Source: a virus. Taken from it: a stretch of DNA of 64,000 nt. Shown here piece by piece: positions 1 through 10,140 of the stretch. The position numbers and the translations under genes are program-made. The DNA lies in the IMG/VR virus record IMGVR_UViG_3300045988_093513, positions 4,841 to 68,840 of that record. One strand, written 5' to 3'. The notes beneath the pieces are model-generated. The model was not told where the DNA came from and did not search any database. It saw only the letters and a program-made list of their open reading frames with translations. The first letter of the stretch is position 1. Each line of letters starts with the position of its first letter.

Positions 1-2012
1 GGTATTGGGTAACTATTCGTGGTGGCAAGTACGTAATCATAAGGCCACCGCTTAACTGTCCTGATAACATCGTTGTCCCATACGGTACGTTCTTTAACTC
101 CCGCTTCGTATTTCATGGGGACGACAGTTACCTATTTGAACCATCACCAGCAGCTCGTGTATTGCTTATTGGGAACAGTGAACTGACAACATATCAAGCC
201 CCAAGTTGCGGAGTATACGGACAGCTTGTACTTCACGAAGATGACGATAAAATGTATATGACATTGACACCAGTTTATCCAGATATCTTCGGTCGTAGGA
301 TTACACGTAAATACAATGACGTAAGCGGCTCTGTGTTTCAAGAATCTTCTTATGAATTCTGTGGCTCTTTGTCTTGTCGGTTCAATTTCAACACGAGGAA
401 TGACAGGTACGTAGATTGCTTAAATGGTGACACTCTTAACATCGGAGACCGCCCTGACATGTATAACGGGATGCCAACGAGAGGAGAAACATTTGACGAC
501 CATTTCGTGGTTGAAAATGGATTCATCCATTCTGTATGGCTTCGTATGATGTCTGTTGACGACGATGGCAATAAAGTATACAAGAATGTAGACACAGATG
601 ATTTCGTCATGAATCTGTTGTCTAATCCCGAACCACTGTCGGGACACGCTCTGTCGTATAAAGGAGAGAATTATCGGTGGGATGGTAGAAATGCTGCGTG
701 GATTCGTGAAGAGGATGCCATATACATTCCACCAGTGCTTAGGCATAACTCATTCGACGTATTCACACATTGTAGATTCGTCGTTTACACGACGTGTTCT
801 TTATGTCACGCAAAAACTATATACACCGAACGCACCGATAGGTATACGTTCATTTACTTCATCGATGGCAAGAGATACAGTAAGTCTCTGTGTGATAATT
901 GCCTTTATACAATTCTCCACGGTGGTATACTGGACATTCCGATTGAAGATGGTAGTGTGTTACACGTCAGTGAACGTGGACTGATTAGTTGCAACGAAGG
1001 GTATACATTGTCAAAGTGGTGGGTGTTAGATTCCGAAGAAGGAGTAGGAGAAGGTTTCATCGATGAACACGCAATATGGGACCATGAAAGGCAAGAATGG
1101 AAACTGGAAAATGATAACGACGGTGCATTACGTCTTACCTTAACGTCAGGCGGTTACGTTATTAGTGAACGCTACTGCACTCACGTAAACGGGTACTTCT
1201 ACAAACCTGACCCCATATTTTTCAAGGATAACAACGAGGACACGCAGAAGTTCTTCGGTATTGAACTTGAGGTTATGGATGGCGGTGAGAGTTCTCTAAA
1301 CGCTAAGCGGGTATGTCATAGCCACGAGGAACTGTACGCAAAGCACGATGGTTCACTTGATGACGGTATGGAATTAGTGTCCCACCCATGTACGGTTAGC
1401 TGGCACTTGACACATCTGTGGGATGACGTTTTATCAAAGCTCCACACGTTGCACTATCATGCCCGTAACGGCAGTGGTATTCATGTGCACGTGTCAAAGA
1501 AGTATTGGGAAAACAATGGTGGTCTTTGCCGTATCACAAACCTGATTACATTCTGTGACATAAACAGAGAAGCGTTAAGACTCTACGCAAATAGAGAAAG
1601 AGAGACGTTCGACCATTGGACACACGAGTACATGTCACCAAGTAATACGAAGAAAGTCGTTGTCAATGCATTGACTAATTTCGGTGATACCGAGGAAGCA
1701 ATGTGTGATTTATATGACAAATACTCCAGTGTTACCAACCATTATTCCGTAGTCAACCTGAGTAACACAACTACCGTAGAGATTCGAGCATTCGCAAGTA
1801 CACTAGATATACACCGCATGCACAGTATTGTCCAGTTCGTAGATGTATTGACGGAGTTATCTACTGAGGCAACATTGGGCAACCCAATCACGTTCCAGCT
1901 TATTCAGACACGAGCACAGAGCAAAGGATACACCGAGTTATTGCAGGACCCGAAGTTTATAAGGGCTATCGATGAAAGTAACTGTTATGTAGATACTCGT
2001 GTTTGTTCCTAG
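1..2012 (+). CDS. Hypothetical protein, 5'-partial (reading frame is open back to the window edge). N-terminal part is Cys/His-rich. C-terminal part resembles a glutamine-synthetase-like amidoligase (carboxylate-amine ligase).
   Basis: There is no in-frame stop between nt 3 and the annotated Met at 162. The motifs 'GIELEVMDGGE' (E-x-E) and 'GSGIHVHVS' (H-x-H) are spaced as in GCS2/amidoligase GS-like domains. Codon usage is coding-like throughout. Confidence 0.5.
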   Translation, partial: YWVTIRGGKYVIIRPPLNCPDNIVVPYGTFFNSRFVFHGDDSYLFEPSPAARVLLIGNSELTTYQAPSCGVYGQLVLHEDDDKMYMTLTPVYPDIFGRRITRKYNDVSGSVFQESSYEFCGSLSCRFNFNTRNDRYVDCLNGDTLNIGDRPDMYNGMPTRGETFDDHFVVENGFIHSVWLRMMSVDDDGNKVYKNVDTDDFVMNLLSNPEPLSGHALSYKGENYRWDGRNAAWIREEDAIYIPPVLRHNSFDVFTHCRFVVYTTCSLCHAKTIYTERTDRYTFIYFIDGKRYSKSLCDNCLYTILHGGILDIPIEDGSVLHVSERGLISCNEGYTLSKWWVLDSEEGVGEGFIDEHAIWDHERQEWKLENDNDGALRLTLTSGGYVISERYCTHVNGYFYKPDPIFFKDNNEDTQKFFGIELEVMDGGESSLNAKRVCHSHEELYAKHDGSLDDGMELVSHPCTVSWHLTHLWDDVLSKLHTLHYHARNGSGIHVHVSKKYWENNGGLCRITNLITFCDINREALRLYANRERETFDHWTHEYMSPSNTKKVVVNALTNFGDTEEAMCDLYDKYSSVTNHYSVVNLSNTTTVEIRAFASTLDIHRMHSIVQFVDVLTELSTEATLGNPITFQLIQTRAQSKGYTELLQDPKFIRAIDESNCYVDTRVCS

Positions 2013-3613
2013 AGAAATACCAATTAGATGGCGTTAATCTTATGAAGAGAAAGGACACATTCATACAGGCTGACAGTATGGGTATGGGAAAGACTGCACA
2101 AGCAATCGAGTACATGAGACAAACTACCGACTGTCACTTTGTTGTAGTGTGTCCTTCTTCTCTCAAGACTAACTGGTGTCGCGAAATCAATGATTGGTTA
2201 GACATAACAGTTCAACCCGATGTCTACACGGGGAATATTATTGTGACTAACTATGAGAAAGTAGGACGCATGATAGATATGATTGGTGATTATGTGTATA
2301 ATTTTAAGGGGGTAATATTTGACGAAGCACACATGATTAAAAACGTATACGCCGGCAGAACGTATGAAGCTAAACGTCTTGTTGATAAAGTTGGCAATCC
2401 AATGATGTTGACAGGAACACCAATATTAAACAGACCCAACGATTTGCTGGGTCTATTGTACGTTGGTGGCAAGCTATCAGAGTTCGGTGGTATTGACGCA
2501 TACACACGGCGATACATTCCCAATGTTGAGAAAGATAACGCCATTTTCTATTGTAACTTTGCACACCTAGACGAGTTGCACAAAAGGATAGAACCTTTTA
2601 TTTGTCGCCGTCGATGGTGTGATGTACACCGTCCAGTATTCCCGATTAAGAAAACGGAAGTTACACTAGGTAGTTTTTCTAACGTCCCATTATCATCAGT
2701 CAACATTACTAACATACAAAAGGTAGAGACTGAGGTAATGAAACGTAAACTACCATTAGTTGTACAATGGATTCAACGAGATTACGATACGCACCACGAG
2801 CCTCTGGTAGTATTTGCTAACCATAGGCAGATGATAGACGTATTAAATGCGGTGTTTCCTAATAGCACCGTAGTGTATGGTGGTATGACGTACAAAGAAA
2901 AGGAACAGAGCGTACAGAAGTTCCTTAATGGTGACGCCGATATTATCCTATGCTCACTAGCTTGTGCTGCTTGCGGACTTAATCTGGTACGTTCTCATAG
3001 AGTTGTGTTCGCTGAGTTCCCTTGGGCTAAAGGGATATACGAACAGGCTATTGCTAGATGTGCAAGACGAGGGCAGACCGAGACGATAGAAGTGTTCGCA
3101 TTGATTATGGAAAACAGTTACGATAGATATAGACTAGAACAAATGAGATGGAAGTCTGCGATAGCAGATGATATTATTGACGGACAGGACAAGAAAGATG
3201 GAAGATATTATCTCGGTAATTTACCGCATAGCGTTCTCGCTTGTCTTGAAGATGGTAGTATAGATACGTCACCATACTTTGGCATGGACATCTACTCCGA
3301 TGAATTTATAATAGCAGTCGCAGAGATGTCACGAGATTGGTTGCTTGCTAATACGCAAGTGAAAGATGACGAGGATATATACTGGGAATGTGTGTTCTGT
3401 TGTTTCACGCAGTATGTATTTGGTACGGCTGTTGACCTGTTGTTGCAAGGTTTACCATATGATTTATCTAACCTAAGCAACATGAATTTACTGGCAGATA
3501 TGTCTGGCTACGGTGTGAAAACATTGCAGACTAGATACACATGGTTTCTCAATCGTTGTAAACAGTTAGGGTTTGACCAGTCGTGGATATTCCTAGCTAG
3601 ATTTCTTACATAA
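2003..3613 (+). CDS. SNF2-family (DEAD/DEAH-like) ATP-dependent helicase
   Basis: Walker A 'SMGMGKT', DEAH box 'VIFDEAHMIKN', SNF2 motif 'MLTGTPILNRPNDL', and a helicase-C region 'LNLVRSHRVVFAEFPW...QAIARCARRGQTETIEVF'. Confidence 0.85.
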   Translation: MFLEKYQLDGVNLMKRKDTFIQADSMGMGKTAQAIEYMRQTTDCHFVVVCPSSLKTNWCREINDWLDITVQPDVYTGNIIVTNYEKVGRMIDMIGDYVYNFKGVIFDEAHMIKNVYAGRTYEAKRLVDKVGNPMMLTGTPILNRPNDLLGLLYVGGKLSEFGGIDAYTRRYIPNVEKDNAIFYCNFAHLDELHKRIEPFICRRRWCDVHRPVFPIKKTEVTLGSFSNVPLSSVNITNIQKVETEVMKRKLPLVVQWIQRDYDTHHEPLVVFANHRQMIDVLNAVFPNSTVVYGGMTYKEKEQSVQKFLNGDADIILCSLACAACGLNLVRSHRVVFAEFPWAKGIYEQAIARCARRGQTETIEVFALIMENSYDRYRLEQMRWKSAIADDIIDGQDKKDGRYYLGNLPHSVLACLEDGSIDTSPYFGMDIYSDEFIIAVAEMSRDWLLANTQVKDDEDIYWECVFCCFTQYVFGTAVDLLLQGLPYDLSNLSNMNLLADMSGYGVKTLQTRYTWFLNRCKQLGFDQSWIFLARFLT

Positions 3614-3625
3614 ACACGGCACACT

Positions 3626-3665
3626 AAAAGGGCGTAACTCACACGGGTTACGCCCTTTTTTTTAT
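3626..3665. terminator. Bidirectional rho-independent terminator between convergent genes
   Basis: The hairpin gggcgtaac-N7-gttacgccc is flanked by an A-run (5') and T8 (3'). It sits between the SNF2 stop codon and the stop of the minus-strand gene. Confidence 0.7.
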
Positions 3666-4156
3666 TCATTTTCTATCGTCGTGATATCTGGGTTGTGCTT
3701 ATCGCCCTCAAGCTCCAGTGTTCTAAAGCGTTGTAACAAGTCATAAGTAATCTTACTATCAGTAGATATAAACTTATTCTCTGTGACTTCTCTCTTATCG
3801 GGTGCAGCAAGTCCAGCCCTGTCTAGTATATCTTTACTTGCGTTAAACCTAACGAGTTCAGAACGTGCGTTAAAGGCTAGGTCTTTTAAGTTCTCATAAA
3901 TCAATGCACTATCATCAAGAAACTGCTGCCTCATTGCTTCCTGCTTATCAGTGATAAGTTCTTTCTGTACTCTAGTTAAACCTCCGGTTTTTCCTATCGC
4001 ACTTCTTGCCTTCTTAATTGGTACACCGGCTGATACCTGTTCGACTACTTGAATATCATCGTCAGTAACGTAGCGTTGATAGCTTCTCCCTTTCCTGCCA
4101 GCTTTCCCATCCTTACGGTTGAAATGTTTATCACCGTATTCTTTTAGTACCGACAA
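3662..4156 (-). CDS. Hypothetical protein
   Basis: A 164-aa ORF that fits tightly between the terminator and the next gene. Confidence 0.55.
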   Translation of the reverse strand: MSVLKEYGDKHFNRKDGKAGRKGRSYQRYVTDDDIQVVEQVSAGVPIKKARSAIGKTGGLTRVQKELITDKQEAMRQQFLDDSALIYENLKDLAFNARSELVRFNASKDILDRAGLAAPDKREVTENKFISTDSKITYDLLQRFRTLELEGDKHNPDITTIENE

Positions 4157-4168
4157 TAAATCACCTCC

Positions 4169-4972
4169 CTATATAGTCATGCCAGCATCCATTGCTAACT
4201 TTAACTGTTCATTCCACATAGGATTTAAAAATCTATTCTTCGTGTCGCCACTCATTTGGCATACAAAATATCCCATAGGTAACGGGCGTCCGCCACCCTT
4301 CTTAATGTAATCAGGATACGCCTGAAATGATGGCTGCTTAATCTCCCATACTGTTCTAACCACTGGGCATTTAGCAAACACGTTATGTTGAATACTAATC
4401 TTTGGCGTGGCTGATGGTGCGTGCCTATGTTCTTTCCATACACAATCAGCATTGAAGTAATCATACGCATCCTGTCTAACCATATGTCTATGTACAATGT
4501 AATGCACGTAACAATTCTTATTGACGTTGAAGTATACGATACCTTGGCTACCCTTATATAAATTTCTGTCACCTAATAGCGAGGCGACTACGCCTTCAAT
4601 ACTGATATATGTATCACTGTATACTCTGTCTGGATGATTACCAGATATAATTCCTAATAGTTTACCGCTATCATATAAAGGTTTAATATCATCAACGAGT
4701 GCATAGATTTGTTTATCGCCGCTCAATGTTTCCTCGATGATGCTACCTTTGCTATTCTTTGTCACCGTGTTAGTTGCATCACCGCCGATTACAACCTTCA
4801 CGTTATCAGGTAAGCCACTCAAGAACTCAACCTCTTTCTTAAAATAGTCTCTGTCATTTAGCCCTTCGTGTATGTCAGATAACACAGCGAGATAACCGAA
4901 ATCACCATTAACTCTACACTGTATTACGTGTTGCTTTAATGTCTCTTGAATAACTTTTTCTTGCGTAGCCAT
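4169..4972 (-). CDS. Calcineurin-like metallophosphoesterase
   Basis: Motifs 'LSDIHEG' (D-x-H), 'VIGGDATN' (GDxxD) and 'GNHP' (GNH) appear in the canonical order. Confidence 0.75.
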   Translation of the reverse strand: MATQEKVIQETLKQHVIQCRVNGDFGYLAVLSDIHEGLNDRDYFKKEVEFLSGLPDNVKVVIGGDATNTVTKNSKGSIIEETLSGDKQIYALVDDIKPLYDSGKLLGIISGNHPDRVYSDTYISIEGVVASLLGDRNLYKGSQGIVYFNVNKNCYVHYIVHRHMVRQDAYDYFNADCVWKEHRHAPSATPKISIQHNVFAKCPVVRTVWEIKQPSFQAYPDYIKKGGGRPLPMGYFVCQMSGDTKNRFLNPMWNEQLKLAMDAGMTI

Positions 4973-5385
4973 ACGTCCTCCAGATACTGTCTCATTCCTT
5001 TGCCATACTTACCACTGAGTAAGTCGCATCTAATGTCTTTAATCCACTTATCGTACTCTTTAGTGCACGGTTTATTTAATCGCTCCTGCCAATCCGGATA
5101 CCTTTCTTTAACCATTGAGATGAACATGTCCAACATGTCCTGCTCCTCTTGTTCGATTAAAGTTTCTTCTATGCTAGGTGTACACGGCTCCTTACACCTG
5201 TAATTCATGGGCATCTTGTTGAACATCTTGAGGGCGATTCGTGTTTCACCGTATGCCCACTGTCGTTCGTTAAGTCTAGTGATTCTTCTGATAGATGAAC
5301 ATACCCCTTTGTCGTTCAGCTTACCAGCTCGGTACTCCTCTATCATGCGATTCATAAACTTAACTGTATTAGGCCCCTTCGCCAC
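4936..5385 (-). CDS. Hypothetical protein
   Basis: 149-aa ORF packed against its neighbours; its end overlaps the downstream gene. Confidence 0.5.
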   Translation of the reverse strand: MAKGPNTVKFMNRMIEEYRAGKLNDKGVCSSIRRITRLNERQWAYGETRIALKMFNKMPMNYRCKEPCTPSIEETLIEQEEQDMLDMFISMVKERYPDWQERLNKPCTKEYDKWIKDIRCDLLSGKYGKGMRQYLEDVWLRKKKLFKRH

Positions 5386-5397
5386 TCACATCACCTC

Positions 5398-7599
5398 TTA
5401 TAGGGCACACACAGATGCGCCACACGAATCACACTGCCAGCAATGACCAGATAATTTCACGTTCTTACTGTGACACTCTGGACATTCCATATCCGTCTGT
5501 CTATCCTCAACTTCTACATCCTGTACAATAGGCTCATGTGAATCAAGTGTATACGCATCGTTCAGTGTCACGCCTACCGCAAACCCTACGCTATCTGTAT
5601 TCAGTTTAAACAACTGCTTAATGATAGCATCAATACTTACGCCGCACCGCATGGAAAGCGAGATAAGTCTAGTGATACCATCAACTTCATCCTTATGGCG
5701 CTCACTATTAACGAAAATCTCAAACATCTTATCGTCTTTCCAGTTAACTGTGATATACAATTTAGTACCATCACCCATTACCTGTGTATATGTTTTGCCA
5801 ACAAGTGTACCAATATCACCACGGCGTTCTGGTCTGATACTATCGTGAAGAATTACAGGCTTCTCTTCCTTCTTACTAAGTCCAAGGATATTACCTCTTG
5901 CACAATTATCTCTGAACACTGTGATACCTTTGCATCCTGCCCGCCATGCCGCATCATAGATAGCAAAGATTTTATCAGGTGTAGCAGACTCTGGCAGATT
6001 AACAGTAGAACTGATAGCATTATCTACATACTTCTGCATAATTGCCTGTGTCAATACACGCTTGATTGGTTCAATGTCATGAGACTCTACAACATACGGG
6101 AACATCTTCTTAATATCTTCGGCACTTGTATCCATTGGCAGTTCATTACGTTCGAGCAAGCCCTCAATAGAGTGTGCGAATACTCTGAATGACTTACCCT
6201 GTTCTTCAAGTTTGTGTGTAGTTCTTTCGTAATACAGTTTATAGATTGGTTCGCAACCACCAGTATATCTACCGGCCAGCAGACTAATACTACCAGTCGG
6301 GGCAACACTAATAATCTGACCATTAAGTAAACCATACTTCATAACACAAGCCTTTGTGTCATTATCAAGAGACTGGAAGAGTTCTGACTTAGCGGTCTTG
6401 TCATAGTTGTATTCGCCGAAAGTATTGAAGTAATCATTAGACAGGAAAGCAGACGCCTTCACTGCTTCATTCATTAAGCAACGGAACAACCTTTCAGTAA
6501 ACTCAAGTGCCTCTTCACTTCCGTATTCAAGCCCAAGTTCCACAAGCATATCTGCATAACCGAACACGCCCAACCCGATAGGTCTCCAGTCACGAATGTA
6601 CTTACGGTTCTCTTTATATGGCTGTTTATCATACGAGTAATCGAGTGCGTCATTCAATGCTCTAACTGCTACATGAACTGCGTCAATAAACAAACCCCAA
6701 GCAAACTTACCAGTTGTCATGTCTACGAATTTAGCTAAGTTGATACTGCCTAAGTTGCATGAACCCCACGCACCAAGAGGTGCCTCAGCGCAAGGATTTG
6801 TCGTAAGGATATGGAAGTTATCATATCCAGACAGAAGATTATATTCATTGAACCTATCAATGAACAATGCACCTGGGTCTCCCCAGTTCCACTGACATTC
6901 ACAAAACTTCTTAAAGAAATCACGGGCGTTAATTGTTTTCTCGATGTGTTCACCAGTAGCCTTCACATCAAAGTGTAACTTGTATGGTTTGTCACAATCT
7001 ACCGCAGTCATAAACTCATCTGTGAATTTAATAGACACATTCATAGACTGAAGTCTATCACCTTTCATCTTGACATCAAGCAGTTCTTCAATGTCTGGGT
7101 GGGAACAGTCGATAGATACCATCGTTGCTCCACGTCTTCCGTGCTGGCTAATAACATTACCAGTCTCGTTGAACAAGTCAAGGAACGACACTGCACCAGT
7201 AGAAGTATTAGCGGCATTGTTTACTTTAGCATTACGTGGTCGAAGAATAGAAATATCTGTACCAACTCCACCGCCTTTACTAAAGATACGTGCCATGTGT
7301 TTGTTAGCTTCATAGATTGCTTCGATAGTATCGTCTTCGATAGGGACTACGTAGCAATTACTACCAGCCGCATTGATTTCCTCTTTGCGTCCTGCAAGGT
7401 ACATAGTTCTTCCACCAAAGAAGAAAGTACCACTAGCTAACATGTTCTCAACTTTATCTCTAATACTTTCTTCGCAGATACTAGCTACTCTTTTACAGAA
7501 TTCAGCTGGGGTTTCTGCATCATCTTTCGCATACTTAGAACGGAACACGTTGTACGCTACCTCGTCATTTGCCCAGCTTACTTCGCTATCATGAATCAT
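5398..7599 (-). CDS. nrdJ: Class II (adenosylcobalamin-dependent) ribonucleotide reductase
   Basis: Active-site signature 'NPCAEAPLGAWGSCNLGSINL' matches the NrdJ consensus NPCGE...CNLGS. The N-terminal region is RNR-like, and the C-terminus carries a Cys-rich ribbon (CPECH...CWQCDSCGASVC). Confidence 0.85.
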   Translation of the reverse strand: MIHDSEVSWANDEVAYNVFRSKYAKDDAETPAEFCKRVASICEESIRDKVENMLASGTFFFGGRTMYLAGRKEEINAAGSNCYVVPIEDDTIEAIYEANKHMARIFSKGGGVGTDISILRPRNAKVNNAANTSTGAVSFLDLFNETGNVISQHGRRGATMVSIDCSHPDIEELLDVKMKGDRLQSMNVSIKFTDEFMTAVDCDKPYKLHFDVKATGEHIEKTINARDFFKKFCECQWNWGDPGALFIDRFNEYNLLSGYDNFHILTTNPCAEAPLGAWGSCNLGSINLAKFVDMTTGKFAWGLFIDAVHVAVRALNDALDYSYDKQPYKENRKYIRDWRPIGLGVFGYADMLVELGLEYGSEEALEFTERLFRCLMNEAVKASAFLSNDYFNTFGEYNYDKTAKSELFQSLDNDTKACVMKYGLLNGQIISVAPTGSISLLAGRYTGGCEPIYKLYYERTTHKLEEQGKSFRVFAHSIEGLLERNELPMDTSAEDIKKMFPYVVESHDIEPIKRVLTQAIMQKYVDNAISSTVNLPESATPDKIFAIYDAAWRAGCKGITVFRDNCARGNILGLSKKEEKPVILHDSIRPERRGDIGTLVGKTYTQVMGDGTKLYITVNWKDDKMFEIFVNSERHKDEVDGITRLISLSMRCGVSIDAIIKQLFKLNTDSVGFAVGVTLNDAYTLDSHEPIVQDVEVEDRQTDMECPECHSKNVKLSGHCWQCDSCGASVCAL

Positions 7600-7805
7600 A
7601 ACCTATCACTAATCCCTTTCTTGTACTTAATAACTTTAATAGAATCATCTGTCTTTGGCAGTGGATACACGTGTACTCGCAGGTCTTTGTTCGTCACGTT
7701 TTCATCTATCAACTGCTTTGTTTCATCATTGTCATCAGTTAACCCAACACATCTGGGCATGCCACTGGAATCAAAGATAACAACTGCGTATCCGGTACGT
7801 CGCAT
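7596..7805 (-). CDS. Hypothetical small protein
   Basis: 69-aa ORF overlapping its neighbours by ATGA/short overlaps. Confidence 0.4.
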   Translation of the reverse strand: MRRTGYAVVIFDSSGMPRCVGLTDDNDETKQLIDENVTNKDLRVHVYPLPKTDDSIKVIKYKKGISDRL

Positions 7806-8404
7806 TTTCTAGCCTCCACTAACTCCTTGAAATAAGGTAATCTTTTATACATCCAAGCGCAGAAGTATCTCCATTCATCTAACTGGTGGTGGATTCTCTG
7901 CGTGTACATTGTCATAAGTTGCAGGTAATTCGTTGTTACTCTTGCCTCTTCCAACATACCTACTGGCACAGAATAAATCAGCTCTCTCTTAATCTTAGGT
8001 GGAATAGGTTCTCCGTTATACTTACCAAGCAAGTCTTCTCTATACTTGATAAATGCATCAATCACTGGGCTTGTTGTACCAAGTGCGCCAATCTCACTCT
8101 GTGCAAAATGGTTTGGTGTTAATACGAACTTTGGGTTTGTAATACTATGCATGATTGACTGGCTCATAACAATCTGGAACCAGTGATATCTCTGTGCCTG
8201 CTGCCACCACTTGATACTGGCAACGATAGAAAACTGAACATTAACACCTGTAAGTACATTCGCCTCACCACTATTAAGTGGCATGCTAGCCAAACGTAAC
8301 ATCACGTTAACTCCACGGTCATCACTCAGTGGTGTACCATATGATAACCCAATAGCCTTAGCCGATTCTTTCAGCCCTGCCACTTTCTCGTTCTGAATAA
8401 TCAT
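7739..8404 (-). CDS. Hypothetical protein with a degenerate ThyX-like signature
   Basis: 'WWQQAQRY' resembles the ThyX 'SQQSQRY' segment, but the preceding RHR triad is absent. Confidence 0.5.
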   Translation of the reverse strand: MIIQNEKVAGLKESAKAIGLSYGTPLSDDRGVNVMLRLASMPLNSGEANVLTGVNVQFSIVASIKWWQQAQRYHWFQIVMSQSIMHSITNPKFVLTPNHFAQSEIGALGTTSPVIDAFIKYREDLLGKYNGEPIPPKIKRELIYSVPVGMLEEARVTTNYLQLMTMYTQRIHHQLDEWRYFCAWMYKRLPYFKELVEARKCDVPDTQLLSLIPVACPDVLG

Positions 8405-8640
8405 TCTGTTCCTACCTTCTTTCCTACTCTATCAGTTCTACCCTTGTGTCTAGGGTTACGTCCAAATCTAAATGCATGCAGTGGACATTTCACGTTAGGG
8501 CACTTGGCTACTTCATTCCTATCATAGCATGCACAGTCAAGACAGTTCAGTCTAATGGCTTTGAGTGGCGTTAGCTTACCACTCGCAATTTTCTGTAACA
8601 TATTTGCTCTTCCTGCTTCTTCCTTGCTCATCCTAGCCAT
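8401..8640 (-). CDS. Small Cys-rich zinc-ribbon protein
   Basis: 'CLDCACYDRNEVAKCPNVKCPLH' contains multiple CxxC pairs. Confidence 0.5.
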   Translation of the reverse strand: MARMSKEEAGRANMLQKIASGKLTPLKAIRLNCLDCACYDRNEVAKCPNVKCPLHAFRFGRNPRHKGRTDRVGKKVGTE

Positions 8641-8649
8641 TCAAATCAC

Positions 8650-9060
8650 CTATTCCTTTTCTACTTCGTATCTAGGTACTCCACGATTAAACGCTACGTT
8701 ATTCTTCATATCAAAATATACTCTGTTCAAAAACTTAATTGCAGCTTCGAGCAGTCTAATGGCATACTGTACTTCAGCTACCTTTTTCCATGCCTCCTGG
8801 CATTCTGTATCTGTAAGTGTATGCCTATCTCCTACTGCAACTTTGTCACTATACTCTGCCGACTTCTCAGCCGTCAATGCCTTTGCTTTCTGTTCTGTGA
8901 ACGCAAGCTCTTTATACATCCATGCAACCTTACTATCGAAAGTTTCCATCAGTTTGGATGCAGTAACCATCAGGCGATACGCACTAGCTGGGTCATTATC
9001 CTGCACGGTAGGGTATCTTTCTTTCACGGCGTTATACTGTTTCAGAAGTTCATCTTCCAT
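8650..9060 (-). CDS. Hypothetical protein
   Basis: 136-aa ORF with coding-like composition. Confidence 0.5.
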   Translation of the reverse strand: MEDELLKQYNAVKERYPTVQDNDPASAYRLMVTASKLMETFDSKVAWMYKELAFTEQKAKALTAEKSAEYSDKVAVGDRHTLTDTECQEAWKKVAEVQYAIRLLEAAIKFLNRVYFDMKNNVAFNRGVPRYEVEKE

Positions 9061-9085
9061 ATTGTCACCTCAATTGTTACACGTG

Positions 9086-9373
9086 TCAGTGTAAATACTG
9101 TAAATCAATCTCAGCCATCTTTTCTGTAGCCAACTCACCGTCACGAACCTTATCGGCTAAGTAGGATACGAACGCATCCTTTGCTTTGAGAAGATTCCGC
9201 CAACCCTCAAAGTCCTTCGGGTCACATGTCATGAAGTTGGAAATGATAGCCTGGGTATACTGCTCATCGAAATCGCCCAGCAATTCAAGCATCTTCTGTG
9301 CGTCATGTCCGAGCTGTTCGTCCAAGGCTAACTGTTGTTTCTCAGTCATCGAGCTTATTGATTTCCACGGCAT
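9086..9373 (-). CDS. Hypothetical protein
   Basis: 95-aa ORF. Confidence 0.45.
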   Translation of the reverse strand: MPWKSISSMTEKQQLALDEQLGHDAQKMLELLGDFDEQYTQAIISNFMTCDPKDFEGWRNLLKAKDAFVSYLADKVRDGELATEKMAEIDLQYLH

Positions 9374-9626
9374 TTACTTTGGCGGCAAGTTTCATAAGCA
9401 GCTTCTGTGCTTCTTCGTATGTCTTTACGACAGCCAGAATCTGTCCACGACTAGAACCATCTGGGATACCCATCAGCATATACCCAGTAATTTCATTACT
9501 TTCGCTATCCTTCATAGCCTTAATGTACATGTCTACAACTCTCATCATTTTGTTTTCTTTATCAGATACTACAAACATATTAAACACCTTTTGCCTTTCT
9601 GCAATTATAGAAGATATCGTATACAT
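9342..9626 (-). CDS. Hypothetical protein
   Basis: 94-aa ORF. Confidence 0.45.
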   Translation of the reverse strand: MYTISSIIAERQKVFNMFVVSDKENKMMRVVDMYIKAMKDSESNEITGYMLMGIPDGSSRGQILAVVKTYEEAQKLLMKLAAKVNAVEINKLDD

Positions 9627-10140
9627 CTTCTCTTACACAGTAAATATTATCCCTATAGTTATAACCCAAGACAACTATGTGACTGTTATCTTGATTGAAA
9701 AAATTATGTAACCACTTCTTACGCTTATCCTCTTTCTCAACTATGTTTATCTTGCCGCCACACAAGTAAGTCAAGAAAGCATCATCACTCATCATGTAAC
9801 AGAAACCTTTGTAGTGATAGCAGTCTACGCTTGGTAACTCATTGAAGAGTTTCTCGTGCGTAGACATATGCTTACATTCAATAAGGTACTTCTCATCCTT
9901 AATCTCCACCTGTAAATCAGCCGCTAAGCTATTCCGCAGGCAAGGGATTAAACAGTTGGACTTGAGTGCGCCACTCATTGGTGTCTTGTAAACTGGCAAA
10001 CCCATGGCAATCATTCGAGCCAGCACTCTACGTTCAAACGTCCTACCACTACGTCGGTTTCGCTTACCCGTTGCGACTCTTAGCGGGTCCTTTCGGCGAA
10101 CCATATGTATACTCCTCTCCAAGATAATCAAAATAATCAT
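9580..10140 (-). CDS. Putative PD-(D/E)xK nuclease (Holliday-junction-resolvase-like)
   Basis: A basic N-terminus is followed by 'ADLQVEIKDEKYLIECKH', a D...E-x-K catalytic pattern. Confidence 0.4.
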   Translation of the reverse strand: MIILIILERSIHMVRRKDPLRVATGKRNRRSGRTFERRVLARMIAMGLPVYKTPMSGALKSNCLIPCLRNSLAADLQVEIKDEKYLIECKHMSTHEKLFNELPSVDCYHYKGFCYMMSDDAFLTYLCGGKINIVEKEDKRKKWLHNFFNQDNSHIVVLGYNYRDNIYCVREDVYDIFYNCRKAKGV

